DNA of 63,972 nucleotides, filler included, from Gemmatimonadota bacterium (lineage in GTDB: Bacteria > 4572-55 > J002): NCBI GenBank assembly GCA_003697105.1. It is 4 parts of 4 records of this genome, joined end to end, with 100 filler letters (N's around TTAATTAATTAA, not from the genome) between each part and the next. Parts side by side here need not be neighbours in the genome. Positions count along the whole stretch, not along the records: positions 34,934 to 61,122 come from RFFQ01000174.1; 3 more parts are not named here. One strand, 5' to 3'. Below are positions 40,511 through 50,659 of this stretch, in pieces. Positions within the stretch are counted from its first letter, which is position 1; the number at the start of each line of letters is the position of its first letter. The translations under genes were made by a program, and so were the position numbers. The notes under the pieces are model-generated. The model did not search any database, was not told where the DNA came from, and saw nothing but the letters and a program-made list of their open reading frames with translations.

Positions 40511-41116
40511 TTATCGGGTGATCTGGTGAATGGAAATCGCCGGGCTGGTCTCTAAATCGAGCATTGCATTGATCAATTTGACCGTAATGAACCGGTTTAA
40601 ATCGCGGGGGCGTAATTGGGCTTCATAAATCTGGCCAGTTTGCAGTAACCGCTCCCGTTGCGTTCCCCGCAGTAGGGGGAAGGCTGGTGTGAACCACCGT
40701 TTGCCATCAAAAAATGCTAGATTGCTGTAAGTGGTATCGGTAATCCATCCGTTTTTGATGATGATAATTTCTTCTGTTGGTCCACAACGTGCCATGCGTT
40801 TGAGCTGATTCAGGTGGGCGCGATTGACAAACTTATAGGCGTAATGGATCGTATCCGCCGGAACCAGTTTGAGCCGGGTTATCCGGCGCACGGTGTAGGG
40901 CACAAATTCAATGGATTCAATGTCCTGCCGGTAGGTCACCCGGCATTTATGGAGTCCTTCGGGGAAGTCTTCCGGCAGGTGGATCACGGTGCGGAGGTCA
41001 ATGTAGCCAGTGCAACCCCATCGCTCTTGCCGGGCACGATTCAACCGCTGATTGTGGGATTCGACATTGTGTAAAACACGATGTTCAACTTTGAGGGTCT
41101 CGAATAATTGGCACAT
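40511..41116 (-). CDS. pabC: Aminotransferase class IV, aminodeoxychorismate lyase-like
   Basis: LFETLK, H..RL, YAYK, ITDTTYSNL and PLLRGTQRERLL motifs; overlaps the pabB end. Start taken as MCQLFE. Confidence 0.75.
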   Translation of the reverse strand: MCQLFETLKVEHRVLHNVESHNQRLNRARQERWGCTGYIDLRTVIHLPEDFPEGLHKCRVTYRQDIESIEFVPYTVRRITRLKLVPADTIHYAYKFVNRAHLNQLKRMARCGPTEEIIIIKNGWITDTTYSNLAFFDGKRWFTPAFPLLRGTQRERLLQTGQIYEAQLRPRDLNRFITVKLINAMLDLETSPAISIHQITR

Positions 41117-42077
41117 AAATTTTATCCAACAGTTCCTGATATTCCGCTTCAACCTGACTGAGATGAGTGATCCCGCCACCACTCCGAAAAAACAACTGCC
41201 CTTGGCGTTGCTCAATGTAGCGGATCAAGACACCACTATCGAGGTTTCGCCCGTCAAAATAGCCGAAAATGCCGGTATAATAGCCCCGGCTTTGCTGTTC
41301 TGCCGCCCGAATAATTTCGACCGTCTTTTTCTTGGGTGCCCCGCTGATAGAGCCTGCCGGTAGTAGTTGAAAGATCACATCTCCGATGTGGGCGGGGTAA
41401 TCTGGCGGCAACTCTCCCACAATTTTAGAACTCACTTGCAACAGATTTTTCTGGCGGGTCTGAAGATGCTCCACATACCGGAATTTTTCCACACGAACCC
41501 GTTTGGCAACCCGGTTCAAGTCATTGCGAATCAGATCAACAATCGTCACATGTTCGGCAAGTTCCTTTTCATCGGCAAGTATGGTCTCCCGGGCATGGGG
41601 TAGATCGGCATCGATGGTACCTTTCATCGGATATGAAGCAATCTGCCCGTTATAAATCTGGACAAAAATCTCTGGAGAAAAGACCACAAACCGATCCCGC
41701 CACCAAAGTTTGTAAGGCGCCTGGCTGTGGTTGAATATATCCAACAATGTTAAATTTGTTTTAAGCCGGGTAGGAAAGGTTAAGTTTAGCAGATACGAAT
41801 TGCCGGCTTGAATCTCCCGCAAGACCCGCTGAAATGCCATTTGATACCGCTCAAACGGCATTGGAACGGCATCAAACTGAATATTTTCAGGTAACGGTGA
41901 TGGTAGGGTAGGGTGTCCAACGCCATTAATAGTAAATCGGATGCGGGTGGCATCGATCTCACTCCACCGGAAAAGGTGGGGCTGTTGCATCTCAAAATCG
42001 ATGAGAAACAAAAACGGTATGCGGTGTGCCCCGTAGTGGTTCATCTGGCAAATGGTGTCTGTTGGTGTTGACCCCAT
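41085..42077 (-). CDS. pabB: Aminodeoxychorismate synthase component I (short form)
   Basis: GNSYLLNLT, FSPE, PMKGT, KELAEHVTIVDLIRNDL, PAGSISGAPK and SGGGIT motifs. Confidence 0.9.
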   Translation of the reverse strand: MGSTPTDTICQMNHYGAHRIPFLFLIDFEMQQPHLFRWSEIDATRIRFTINGVGHPTLPSPLPENIQFDAVPMPFERYQMAFQRVLREIQAGNSYLLNLTFPTRLKTNLTLLDIFNHSQAPYKLWWRDRFVVFSPEIFVQIYNGQIASYPMKGTIDADLPHARETILADEKELAEHVTIVDLIRNDLNRVAKRVRVEKFRYVEHLQTRQKNLLQVSSKIVGELPPDYPAHIGDVIFQLLPAGSISGAPKKKTVEIIRAAEQQSRGYYTGIFGYFDGRNLDSGVLIRYIEQRQGQLFFRSGGGITHLSQVEAEYQELLDKIYVPIIRDPQS

Positions 42078-42092
42078 GCGATAACCTTACCC

Positions 42093-42971
42093 TCAATTCA
42101 TGGCGTTTTGGTTCAAGGTTGTAAAATAGACATCCTCCAGATCAGGCTCGACAGCTTCAAATGTCCCATCCGGTTGTTCTGGACAATAGACGTGAATCAC
42201 CGGACGCCCAGACACCAAGCGGGTTGAAATCACGTGATAATCCCGCTGGTAACCCGCCAATTGTGACTTTTCAATAGTTTTTTTCCAAATGAAACCCCGC
42301 AATTCGTCAATCGTTTGAAGCGGTTTGCCCATTCGCAGGACGTTCCCCTTGGAGATAATCGCCATTTGGCTACACAAGTTCGCCACGTCATCTACAATAT
42401 GAGTGGAGAGAATCACCACCCTATTTTCGCCGATTTCACTAAGCAGATTATTGAATCGATTCCGTTCGGCGGGGTCAAGTCCAGCGGTTGGCTCATCCAC
42501 AATAATCAATTTTGGATTGCCCAACAACGCCTGCGCAATGCCAAAACGTTGTTTCATTCCACCGGAGTAACTGCCCAAATGCTTCTTGCGAACGCTATAT
42601 AAATTGGTTTGGTGCAGGAGCTTTTCAACCACGTCTTTACGTTCCTGTTTACGGTTGATGCCTTTCAACACCGCAAAATGGTCTAACATACGTTCCGCAG
42701 ACACTTTCGGATAGACTCCAAATTCCTGAGGTAGATAACCCAACACCTGGCGTACTCGATCTTTTTGGCGCAACACGTTAATATCATCCAACTGAATGGT
42801 GCCGGTGTCCGGGTCTTGTAGCGTGGCAATGGTGCGCATAAGGGTGGATTTCCCCGCCCCATTGGGACCCAACAAGCCAAACATGCCGGTCGGAATGGTT
42901 AAATTGACATTTTTCAGTGCTTGTATTCCGTTACGATAGGTTTTAGAGAGATTCTCAATCTTGAGTTCCAT
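42093..42971 (-). CDS. ABC transporter ATP-binding protein
   Basis: GPNGAGKST, YSGGMKQR, IVDEPTAGLD and STH motifs. Start MELKIE has a GAGG SD. Confidence 0.93.
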   Translation of the reverse strand: MELKIENLSKTYRNGIQALKNVNLTIPTGMFGLLGPNGAGKSTLMRTIATLQDPDTGTIQLDDINVLRQKDRVRQVLGYLPQEFGVYPKVSAERMLDHFAVLKGINRKQERKDVVEKLLHQTNLYSVRKKHLGSYSGGMKQRFGIAQALLGNPKLIIVDEPTAGLDPAERNRFNNLLSEIGENRVVILSTHIVDDVANLCSQMAIISKGNVLRMGKPLQTIDELRGFIWKKTIEKSQLAGYQRDYHVISTRLVSGRPVIHVYCPEQPDGTFEAVEPDLEDVYFTTLNQNAMN

Positions 42972-43572
42972 GATTATCCTCTTCGGTGGTAAGTTCACTG
43001 GTGGGGTGGTACGAAATAAACAGATTATAAACCAAGCCGTTGCCAGTTTGTTGATTTTCACGCGAGACACGAGCAGTCTCATCAATGAGATCGCGGAGAC
43101 GCTGGTGAATGTCACGCGCCTGCGCCGGAGTGAGATGAATCTCCCGAAATTGCAGGATTGAATTTGTGGAATCCTGCCCCTCTTCCGGAAAATCGATCCA
43201 GCCGTTTAACCAGCTCGTGGTGAACGACTGCCGTGCGTGATCAAACATCTCCCGCACAATTACCTCAAATTCCGCTTTACCTTCACCGGTGACAGGGTTC
43301 AGGAGTGATTTATCCACCCGAATCACATTGGCGACCACCGCATATTTCTTTTCAATGATCCCTGAAACCACCCGGGTATCAACCACGGTGATCAAGTGAT
43401 GCTTTTCCAGCAAATTGAGGTGATAATACAATTTATTAACGGCGACGTCCAACTGTTGCGCCAGTTGCTTCGCCGTGGAAGGTGCCACATGCAGGTATTC
43501 CAAAATCTTGAGCCGTAACGGATCGGCGAGAACTTTCAGGGTCTCTACATCAGTGATGACGAAGGTATCCAT
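42955..43572 (-). CDS. ArsR-like winged-helix transcriptional regulator
   Basis: LKVLADPLRLKIL...AKQLA..L......LYYHLNLLEK..LI...EKKY. Confidence 0.88.
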   Translation of the reverse strand: MDTFVITDVETLKVLADPLRLKILEYLHVAPSTAKQLAQQLDVAVNKLYYHLNLLEKHHLITVVDTRVVSGIIEKKYAVVANVIRVDKSLLNPVTGEGKAEFEVIVREMFDHARQSFTTSWLNGWIDFPEEGQDSTNSILQFREIHLTPAQARDIHQRLRDLIDETARVSRENQQTGNGLVYNLFISYHPTSELTTEEDNHGTQD

Positions 43573-43736
43573 AATTGATTTCTATTAAACGTTAAAATAA
43601 ATTTTAATGATAAGTATAATTAAACCATTAAAATGGAATTGTCAACACTTAAATGTGCCGATTATTTTTCTGTTGATTAAATGTACCGAAAACCATAGTT
43701 TGAAGGCGCATTTTGCCAATCATAAAGGAGCTTGAT

Positions 43737-44687
43737 GTGCGTATATCTGTGGTGATCCCGATTTTGAACGAAGCCATTAATATACCGGTCTTACATGCGG
43801 AATTAACAAATGTGTTACCGCCCATCACGCCGGATTATGAGGTGATTTTTGTGGACGATGGGAGCTATGATGGTTCTGATGCGGTCATCAAAGCGCTGGT
43901 GGAGGCAGATTCGCATGTCAAATTGATCCGTTTCCGGCGCAATTTTGGGCAGACTTCGGCGTTGAGTGCCGGATTTCACTATGCTTCGGGAGAGATCATC
44001 ATCACCATGGATGGTGATTTACAAAATGATCCCGCCGATATTCCCCATCTATTGGAAGTACTCGATCAAGGGTATGATGTGGTCAGCGGGTGGCGCAAAC
44101 GGCGCAAAGACCCCTTTTTCACCCGCCAATTCCCCTCGCGCAGTGCCAACCGGTTGATCTCGTTGTTTACCGGAATCCCCGTGCGGGATGCCGGTTGCAC
44201 CCTCAAAGCCATGCGCAAGGAGATCGTCGATGAAATCCAGCTTTACGGTGAGATGCACCGCTTTATCCCCATTTTGGCGCAATGGCGGGGTGCTAAAATC
44301 ACGGAAATTGAGGTAAACCACCGTCCACGCCAGTATGGCCGCCCCAAATATGGTTTATCGCGGACGTTGCGGGTACTTCTGGACTTAATCACCGTTAAAT
44401 TTTTGCTCAAATATTTTGCCAGCCCGATTCAGATTTTCGGATTGATCGGGCTGGCATGCTTGTTGGGTGGTGGGATTTCCGGCATCGTGACCATTATCAT
44501 GAAATGGATTTATAACGTGGATATGACCGGCAATCCAATGCTGTATTTAACCATTCTTGCCCTGATTTTAGGGGTGCAGTTCATTGTCTTGGGCCTGCTC
44601 GGTGAAATTTCCGTGCGGATTTACTACGAAAGCCAGAACAAACCGACGTACGCCATCAAAGAACGAATGGGATTTGAGGGCGAATGA
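43737..44687 (+). CDS. GT2 polyprenol-phosphate glycosyltransferase (DPM/ArnC-like) with two C-terminal TM helices
   Basis: SVVIP, VDDGSYD, RNFGQ, MDGDLQNDP and EMHRF motifs; AAGGAG SD before GTG 43737. Confidence 0.9.
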   Translation: MRISVVIPILNEAINIPVLHAELTNVLPPITPDYEVIFVDDGSYDGSDAVIKALVEADSHVKLIRFRRNFGQTSALSAGFHYASGEIIITMDGDLQNDPADIPHLLEVLDQGYDVVSGWRKRRKDPFFTRQFPSRSANRLISLFTGIPVRDAGCTLKAMRKEIVDEIQLYGEMHRFIPILAQWRGAKITEIEVNHRPRQYGRPKYGLSRTLRVLLDLITVKFLLKYFASPIQIFGLIGLACLLGGGISGIVTIIMKWIYNVDMTGNPMLYLTILALILGVQFIVLGLLGEISVRIYYESQNKPTYAIKERMGFEGE

Positions 44688-45844
44688 AGATTTTGATGAT
44701 AGCGCCCACGCCGTTTTTTGCAGACCGGGGCTGTCATGTGCGGATTTATGAGGAAGCCCGCCATTTGCAGCAATTGGGGCATGAGATTTTGGTCTGTACC
44801 TATCCTATCGGGCGGGAGATGCCGGGCATCAAGACCATTCGCACCATCAATCCCTTGGGCTATCGCCAACTGGCAGCAGGACCCTCGTGGCACAAATTCT
44901 ATCTGGATACCTTTTTATTCGCCAATATCGTAAAGTCAATCCGATCTTTTCAACCGGATATTCTTTATGCCCATTTGCATGAGGGGGCATTTTGGGGGCA
45001 TTTGGCACGAAAAGCGACCCATCGCTCGTTTCCGCTGATCTTGGATTATCAAGGGAGTTTGACGGGGGAGATCACAGCCCACCGGTTCATCCGGTCTGGA
45101 TCGTGGGTGCAACGCGGCTTTCAACGGCTAGAGCACTGGATTGAAGCCCAAGCGGATGTCATCGTTACCAGTTCTACCGCTGGGATGCGACATTTGCAAA
45201 AGACGGGGCACACCAAACCGATGTTTCCACTCATTGATGGCGTCGATACGACCGTTTTCCAACCGGCAAGCAAAGATCAACACTTGTTTAACCAACTCCA
45301 ACTCCCTGAAAATAAGATGATTATCGTTTTTTTAGGTCTATTGACCGAATATCAAGGGGTTGACTTGCTGTTGCAATCGATTCAGTATTTGCGGGCTAAA
45401 ACAGACCGGTTTCATTTTTTGATCATGGGTTATCCCAATGTAGCGCATTACCGGCAAAAAGCAAAAGACCTTAACATTGAAGACCGGATCACCTTCACCG
45501 GTCGAATTGATTACCGGCAAGCAAACCGGTATCTCAATTTAGGTGATATAGCCATTTCTCCGAAGATTTCATCCAGTGAGGCAAACGGCAAACTCCTGAA
45601 TTATATGGCATGTGGGCTGCCGACGGTTGTCTTTAACTCATCTACCAATCGGGAATTGTTGGGGGAGAGCGGCATTTACGCCAACTGGATCGACTCAAAG
45701 GACTTGGCGGAGCAACTCATCACTTTAGCCGAACAACCCGGACGCCGCCGGCAAATTTCCAACCAATTAAGAGCACGTGCCGTGACACAATTTTCATGGC
45801 AAGTTCAGGCACAAAAATTAGATAACATATTGAAAAATTTATGA
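44684..45844 (+). CDS. Glycosyltransferase family 4
   Basis: GVDT..F, YQGVDLL and KLLNYMACGLP motifs. Confidence 0.9.
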   Translation: MKILMIAPTPFFADRGCHVRIYEEARHLQQLGHEILVCTYPIGREMPGIKTIRTINPLGYRQLAAGPSWHKFYLDTFLFANIVKSIRSFQPDILYAHLHEGAFWGHLARKATHRSFPLILDYQGSLTGEITAHRFIRSGSWVQRGFQRLEHWIEAQADVIVTSSTAGMRHLQKTGHTKPMFPLIDGVDTTVFQPASKDQHLFNQLQLPENKMIIVFLGLLTEYQGVDLLLQSIQYLRAKTDRFHFLIMGYPNVAHYRQKAKDLNIEDRITFTGRIDYRQANRYLNLGDIAISPKISSSEANGKLLNYMACGLPTVVFNSSTNRELLGESGIYANWIDSKDLAEQLITLAEQPGRRRQISNQLRARAVTQFSWQVQAQKLDNILKNL

Positions 45845-46635
45845 TTAAAAAAGTTCAAAATCTGTATTATCATCGCGAAATGCTCAAGATGTTTATTGTG
45901 CGGGATTTGAAGGAGCGTTATGCGGGTTCGATCATGGGGCTAAGTTGGACGATCCTGAACCCTTTGATTTTATTAGTGATCTTTACATTTGTTTTCCGGG
46001 TTGTACTTCAAGTGAAGTTGGGTGGTGATGGTGGAATTCAGCATTTTGCCCTTTACCTGTTTTGTGGAATGTTGCCGTGGCTTGCTTTTCAGGAAGGGAT
46101 TGTTCGTTCCACCAGTGTGGTGATTGAAAATGCGAATCTGATTAAAAAAGTGCTGTTTCCGGTCAAAATACTACCGTTATACCGGGTTTTAGCCAGTGTG
46201 ATTTCCCAATTGGCGGGGACCTTCATCTTGCTGGTTGCCATTGCGTTTATCCTTCATAAATTTACGCTGGCACTCCTGTTTTTTCCCTTATTATTGGTTT
46301 TGCAGATCGCGTTTACCCTAGGAATGAGTTGGTTTTTAGCCACCATCAATGTCTATTTGCGGGATACGGCGCAATTAGTGCCCTCGTTGCTGATGGTTTG
46401 GTTGTACATCACCCCCATTTTTTACCCGCCGACCCTGATTCCGGCGCAATTTAAGCTGATCGTCTGGCTCAACCCGATGGCGCATCTAGTTGACGCCTAT
46501 CGTCGCATTTTTTTAGAAGGGGTGTTTCCAGAAATCTACCAGATCGGGCTATTATTGGGCTTTTCAATGCTTACCTTGCTAATTGGCTTCACCGTGTTTC
46601 AGAACGCGCAACGCAACTTTGCAGATTTGATCTAA
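45841..46635 (+). CDS. wzm: Polysaccharide ABC exporter permease
   Basis: RDLKERYAGS..G..W..LNP, RD...., TPIFYP and LNPM motifs. Confidence 0.9.
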   Translation: MIKKVQNLYYHREMLKMFIVRDLKERYAGSIMGLSWTILNPLILLVIFTFVFRVVLQVKLGGDGGIQHFALYLFCGMLPWLAFQEGIVRSTSVVIENANLIKKVLFPVKILPLYRVLASVISQLAGTFILLVAIAFILHKFTLALLFFPLLLVLQIAFTLGMSWFLATINVYLRDTAQLVPSLLMVWLYITPIFYPPTLIPAQFKLIVWLNPMAHLVDAYRRIFLEGVFPEIYQIGLLLGFSMLTLLIGFTVFQNAQRNFADLI

Positions 46636-46637
46636 CG

Positions 46638-47801
46638 ATGTCCATTGCCATTTCGGTTTCGCAACTGAGTAAAAAATATCATCTGTACTCCAAGGGGTTG
46701 GATCGGGTCAAAGAGTGGCTGACATTCGGTAAGATGTCGTTTCATAAAGAGTATTGGGCTCTCCGCGACATCAACTTCACCGTTGAACGAGGTCGAACCT
46801 TTGGTATTATTGGGCAGAACGGTGCCGGGAAGAGCACACTACTCAAAATTTTAAGTGGCGTTTCCCACCCGTCCGGTGGAACGTTTGCAGTAAATGGGCG
46901 AGTCGCCTCCCTGTTGGAGTTGGGTGCCGGATTTCATCCCGAATTTAGTGGTCGGGAAAATGTGTTTATGAACGCGACCTTGATGGGTTTATCGCGGGAT
47001 GAAATCCGCCAGAAAATGCCGGAAATTATCCGCTTTTCTGAACTCGGTGCCTACATCGACCAACCGGTCAAAACCTATTCTTCCGGAATGTATGCCCGTT
47101 TAGGGTTCAGTGTTGCAATTAACGTTGAACCGGAAATCTTAGTAGTGGATGAAGTACTGGCAGTAGGCGATACCTATTTTCAAAGCAAATGTCTGGATCG
47201 ATTAAATCAATTGCATGAAGAGGGAATGACCATTTTATTTTGCTCGCATGTATTGTATCAGGTACAAGCCATTTGTGATCAGGTTTTGTGGTTAGATCAT
47301 GGAAGTATCCGGCAAATTGGGCGTCCCGAAAAGGTGGTGGAAGCCTATCGCCAGTTCATCCGGCAAAAAGACCGGGGGCGCCACGGGGAGCATGTCCGGC
47401 AGATGGATACATCCAAACCCTATCTGGAATTTGTAGAACCCCCAACCCCACCAGTACTCTCCACCGGTGATAATTTACACCTTTCTTTGCGCTATTCCAT
47501 TCCGGCGCAATATAAAAATGTGGTGTTAGGTGTCAATCTACAAGAGGATCAGACAACGTTATTTGCAACCGCCAGTCACAATGCGGGGGTTCAATTGGCG
47601 GGTGAGGGTGTAGTGCACCTTGTATTAAAACACATCCCGTTGTTAAATGGAGTCTATACGCTGAGTTTTATGCTGGCGGATCAAAACTGGGCAACAATCT
47701 ATGACCGGCTACCCAATGCGTGTTCGTTCCATGTGGAATCCTCAGCAAACATGGCAGGAAAGTGTTATATTGAAACCGAATGGATGCTATCAACCGAATA
47801 A
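46638..47801 (+). CDS. wzt: Polysaccharide ABC exporter ATPase with C-terminal carbohydrate-binding-type domain
   Basis: GQNGAGKSTLLK, LELGAGF, YSSGMYARL and DEVLAVGD motifs; about 140-aa beta-rich tail. Confidence 0.92.
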   Translation: MSIAISVSQLSKKYHLYSKGLDRVKEWLTFGKMSFHKEYWALRDINFTVERGRTFGIIGQNGAGKSTLLKILSGVSHPSGGTFAVNGRVASLLELGAGFHPEFSGRENVFMNATLMGLSRDEIRQKMPEIIRFSELGAYIDQPVKTYSSGMYARLGFSVAINVEPEILVVDEVLAVGDTYFQSKCLDRLNQLHEEGMTILFCSHVLYQVQAICDQVLWLDHGSIRQIGRPEKVVEAYRQFIRQKDRGRHGEHVRQMDTSKPYLEFVEPPTPPVLSTGDNLHLSLRYSIPAQYKNVVLGVNLQEDQTTLFATASHNAGVQLAGEGVVHLVLKHIPLLNGVYTLSFMLADQNWATIYDRLPNACSFHVESSANMAGKCYIETEWMLSTE

Positions 47802-47813
47802 GGAGAGTACCCG

Positions 47814-48944
47814 ATGCCAATCAAAATCGAATCGTTTACGTATGCCAATCAAAAGTTGGTCAAAGCGTTTATTGAATTTCCCCGCCGGATTTACCACGCA
47901 GACCCAAATTGGGTGCCCCCGTTGCGGGAAGATATGCATGTGCTGTTGAATCCGGCAAAGCATCCATTCCATGCCCATGCGGATGTGATCTACTTTCTGG
48001 CATTTAAGGGGGAGCACGTTGCCGGGCGGATTTGCGCGCATGTCAATCACAATCATAATGCGTTCCACGCAGAAAAGACGGGCTTTTTCGGCTTTTTTGA
48101 GTGTCTTCCGGATCAAGCGGTGGCGGATGCGTTGTTAGAAGCCGCCCGCCAGTGGTTGGTGGATCAGGGAATGGAGCGAATGCGGGGTCCGGCAAATTTT
48201 TCGACCAATGAGGAATGTGCCTTGTTAGTTGAGGGGTTTGATTCGCCCCCCGTCATGATGATGCCGTATAATCCGCCGTACTATATAGAGCTATTAGAAC
48301 ACTATGGATTACATAAAGTAATGGATTTATGGGCTTGGTACATGACTTGTGAACAGAAACTCCCGGAGAAAGTGGTACGCATTGCCGAGAAAATCCGCCA
48401 GAAAGAAGGGATTACGGTTCGCCCGCTCAATATGAAAGATTTTGGAAATGAAGTCAAACGAATCAAAGATATCTATGGGTCGGCGTGGGAAAAAAACTGG
48501 GGATTTGTTCCCCCCACCGATGCAGAGATTGCACATTTGGCAAATGAATTCAAACCGATTGTTATCCCGGAACTGGCTCTGATTGCAGAGGTTAAAGGGG
48601 AAGCCGTGGCGTTTTCCCTGACATTACCGGATGGAAATCAGATTTTAAAAGCGGCAAACGGCAAACTCTATCCCTTTGGGATTATCAAACTGTTATGGGC
48701 GGCGAAAATTCAGAAAAAAATCAACCAGTTACGGTTATTATTGCTGGGGATTAAGGAAGGCTATCGCAAACGGGGGATTGATTCGATTTTATATGTGGAA
48801 ACCTTTCAAAATGGGACAAGATTAGGTTATAAGGGCGGTGAAATCTCATGGACATTGGAGACCAACACCTTGGTAAACCGGGCAATTGAACTGATGGGAG
48901 GGCGTAAATACAAGACCTACCGGTTTTATGAGAAGGAGATATAA
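47814..48944 (+). CDS. YghO-like GNAT-fold protein
   Basis: WVPPL, GRI.A, FGFFEC, RGP.NFSTNEEC, YNPPYY, NWGF and EISWTLETN motifs. Confidence 0.75.
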   Translation: MPIKIESFTYANQKLVKAFIEFPRRIYHADPNWVPPLREDMHVLLNPAKHPFHAHADVIYFLAFKGEHVAGRICAHVNHNHNAFHAEKTGFFGFFECLPDQAVADALLEAARQWLVDQGMERMRGPANFSTNEECALLVEGFDSPPVMMMPYNPPYYIELLEHYGLHKVMDLWAWYMTCEQKLPEKVVRIAEKIRQKEGITVRPLNMKDFGNEVKRIKDIYGSAWEKNWGFVPPTDAEIAHLANEFKPIVIPELALIAEVKGEAVAFSLTLPDGNQILKAANGKLYPFGIIKLLWAAKIQKKINQLRLLLLGIKEGYRKRGIDSILYVETFQNGTRLGYKGGEISWTLETNTLVNRAIELMGGRKYKTYRFYEKEI

Positions 48945-49411
48945 GGCAAAACCCCTAAAAGGACTCGTACTCCCAGATTCGCATAAATTCCGGCAAAAAC
49001 ATCATCTAGCATCACACCAAACGCCGTTTTTTGTTGGTCTGCCCATTTCACCGGTTGCGGTTTAAGAATATCAAAGAAGCGGAACAGCAGAAATCCGCTA
49101 ATGAGTACGATCAAGGTTTCCATTTGTGAGGAGGCAACTGGTAACCAAAAGAAGGTCAGTAATTGACCTACAATTTCATCAATAACCACATGCCCCGGAT
49201 CCGGCGTACCGAAATGATTCTGGGCTTTTTTTGTTGCCCATATGCCAACGCCAAAGATCAACAGGCAAATTAAAACATAGATGAGCGGAGGGAGGTGGCG
49301 CATCATCATAAAAAGCGTCAGGGCAACGATACTACCCATCGTTCCGGGTGCGAACGGGGAATATCCGGCACCCAAACCCGTAGCGATAACAAGGGCAATT
49401 TTACGATTCAT
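48926..49411 (-). CDS. pgpA: Phosphatidylglycerophosphatase A
   Basis: APGTMGS, DPGHVVIDEIVG, FRFFDILKP and GVMLDD motifs. Confidence 0.93.
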   Translation of the reverse strand: MNRKIALVIATGLGAGYSPFAPGTMGSIVALTLFMMMRHLPPLIYVLICLLIFGVGIWATKKAQNHFGTPDPGHVVIDEIVGQLLTFFWLPVASSQMETLIVLISGFLLFRFFDILKPQPVKWADQQKTAFGVMLDDVFAGIYANLGVRVLLGVLPYISFS

Positions 49412-49994
49412 GAGTGAATAAAATGGAACGGAGAACGGTTCTATTTTGGCTAAAATAGAGATAGCCGGAGACAACAGTTAGAATAACGGCAATTGACATA
49501 CTGATGAGGATCACCCATTCCACTCCGGCAACAACCCAGCCGGAAAGTGGCGTTTGCCGGTAAGCATCCACAGCGGCATAGAACAGAACGATAAAGATTG
49601 TTACCAACTGGGCGACGGTTTTCCATTTACCCACACGGCTCGTATTGATCAATTTGTTATGGTACAAGGTGATACTCCGAATAATCGTGATGATAATTTC
49701 CCGGAGGGCAACAATAACCACCATCCACCCGATGAGATAGCCTTGTTGGGCAAAAACAATAAATGCGCTCAGTGTTAAAATTTTGTCCGCGAGGGGGTCA
49801 ACGTATTTACCAAATACAGAAGTCCAATTGTATTTGCGAGCCAGATAACCATCTAAAAAGTCTGTTAGGGAGGCGACCAGAAAGAGAAAAACTGCAATCA
49901 ACCGGTGGGATGATGTTTCAGAAAGGAAAAAAACGATGAAAACGGGGGTTAAAAGGACTCGAATCACCGTTAATATATTTGGAATAACCCACAT
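49401..49994 (-). CDS. pgsA: CDP-diacylglycerol--glycerol-3-phosphate 3-phosphatidyltransferase
   Basis: PNILT..R, TDFLDGYLARK...FGKYVDPLADK and GKWKT motifs. Confidence 0.93.
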   Translation of the reverse strand: MWVIPNILTVIRVLLTPVFIVFFLSETSSHRLIAVFLFLVASLTDFLDGYLARKYNWTSVFGKYVDPLADKILTLSAFIVFAQQGYLIGWMVVIVALREIIITIIRSITLYHNKLINTSRVGKWKTVAQLVTIFIVLFYAAVDAYRQTPLSGWVVAGVEWVILISMSIAVILTVVSGYLYFSQNRTVLRSILFTHES

Positions 49995-50012
49995 AGTCCG
50001 TTTCTCTAAATG

Positions 50013-50044
50013 AAAACTGCTCGCTTAGGGTAAGCGAGCAGTTT
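50013..50044 (-). terminator. Rho-independent terminator after mglA
   Basis: AAACTGCTCGCTTA-GGG-TAAGCGAGCAGTTT perfect hairpin with a U tract. Confidence 0.8.
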
Positions 50045-50069
50045 AATGGCTTTGATTGGTGGGGGTCGA

Positions 50070-50648
50070 TCAACTTAGCGAGCGCAGAACCAGTTTACTC
50101 ACGGCTTTTAGCGTATCAAACACACCCACTCCGGTCGTAGCAACACCTTCAAAATAGGGAACTTTACGGGGGTTTAGCACGCGTTCTAGCTCCTCAACGG
50201 AGGAAACATTGGGAAGGTCTCGTTTATTGTACTGAATGACAAATGGCAAATCTTCAATTTTAAGACCTTGCTCTTGTAAATTCTCGTACAGGTTATTCAG
50301 GGATTCGATATTGGCATTCAACCGTTCCACTTGGGAATCGGCAACAAAGACAACGCCATCTACCCCTTTCAGAATAAGCTTTCGGCTGGCATTATAATAA
50401 ACCTGACCGGGCACGGTATATAAGTGAAACCGTGTTTGAAACCCGCGTACCCGACCCAACTCCAATGGCAGGAAGTCGAAGAACAGCGTCCGGTCCATTT
50501 CAGTGGCGAGGGAGATCAACTTTCCGCGACTATCCGGCGCCATCTTCCCGTAAACGTATTGGAGGTTCGTGGTCTTTCCTCCCAGACCCGGTCCGTAATA
50601 TACGATTTTACAGTTGATTTCCCGAGAAGCATAGTTAATTAGAGACAC
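50070..50648 (-). CDS. mglA: Small Ras-like GTPase MglA
   Basis: [38 protein letters not shown] and NKRD motifs; GTG start. Confidence 0.96.
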   Translation of the reverse strand: MSLINYASREINCKIVYYGPGLGGKTTNLQYVYGKMAPDSRGKLISLATEMDRTLFFDFLPLELGRVRGFQTRFHLYTVPGQVYYNASRKLILKGVDGVVFVADSQVERLNANIESLNNLYENLQEQGLKIEDLPFVIQYNKRDLPNVSSVEELERVLNPRKVPYFEGVATTGVGVFDTLKAVSKLVLRSLS

Positions 50649-50659
50649 GGCATCTTCCC

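Noticed and set aside
49401-49994. pgsA as the missing poly-gamma-glutamate PgsA/CapA
   Set aside because: Name clash only; this is the CDP-alcohol phosphatidyltransferase paired with pgpA.
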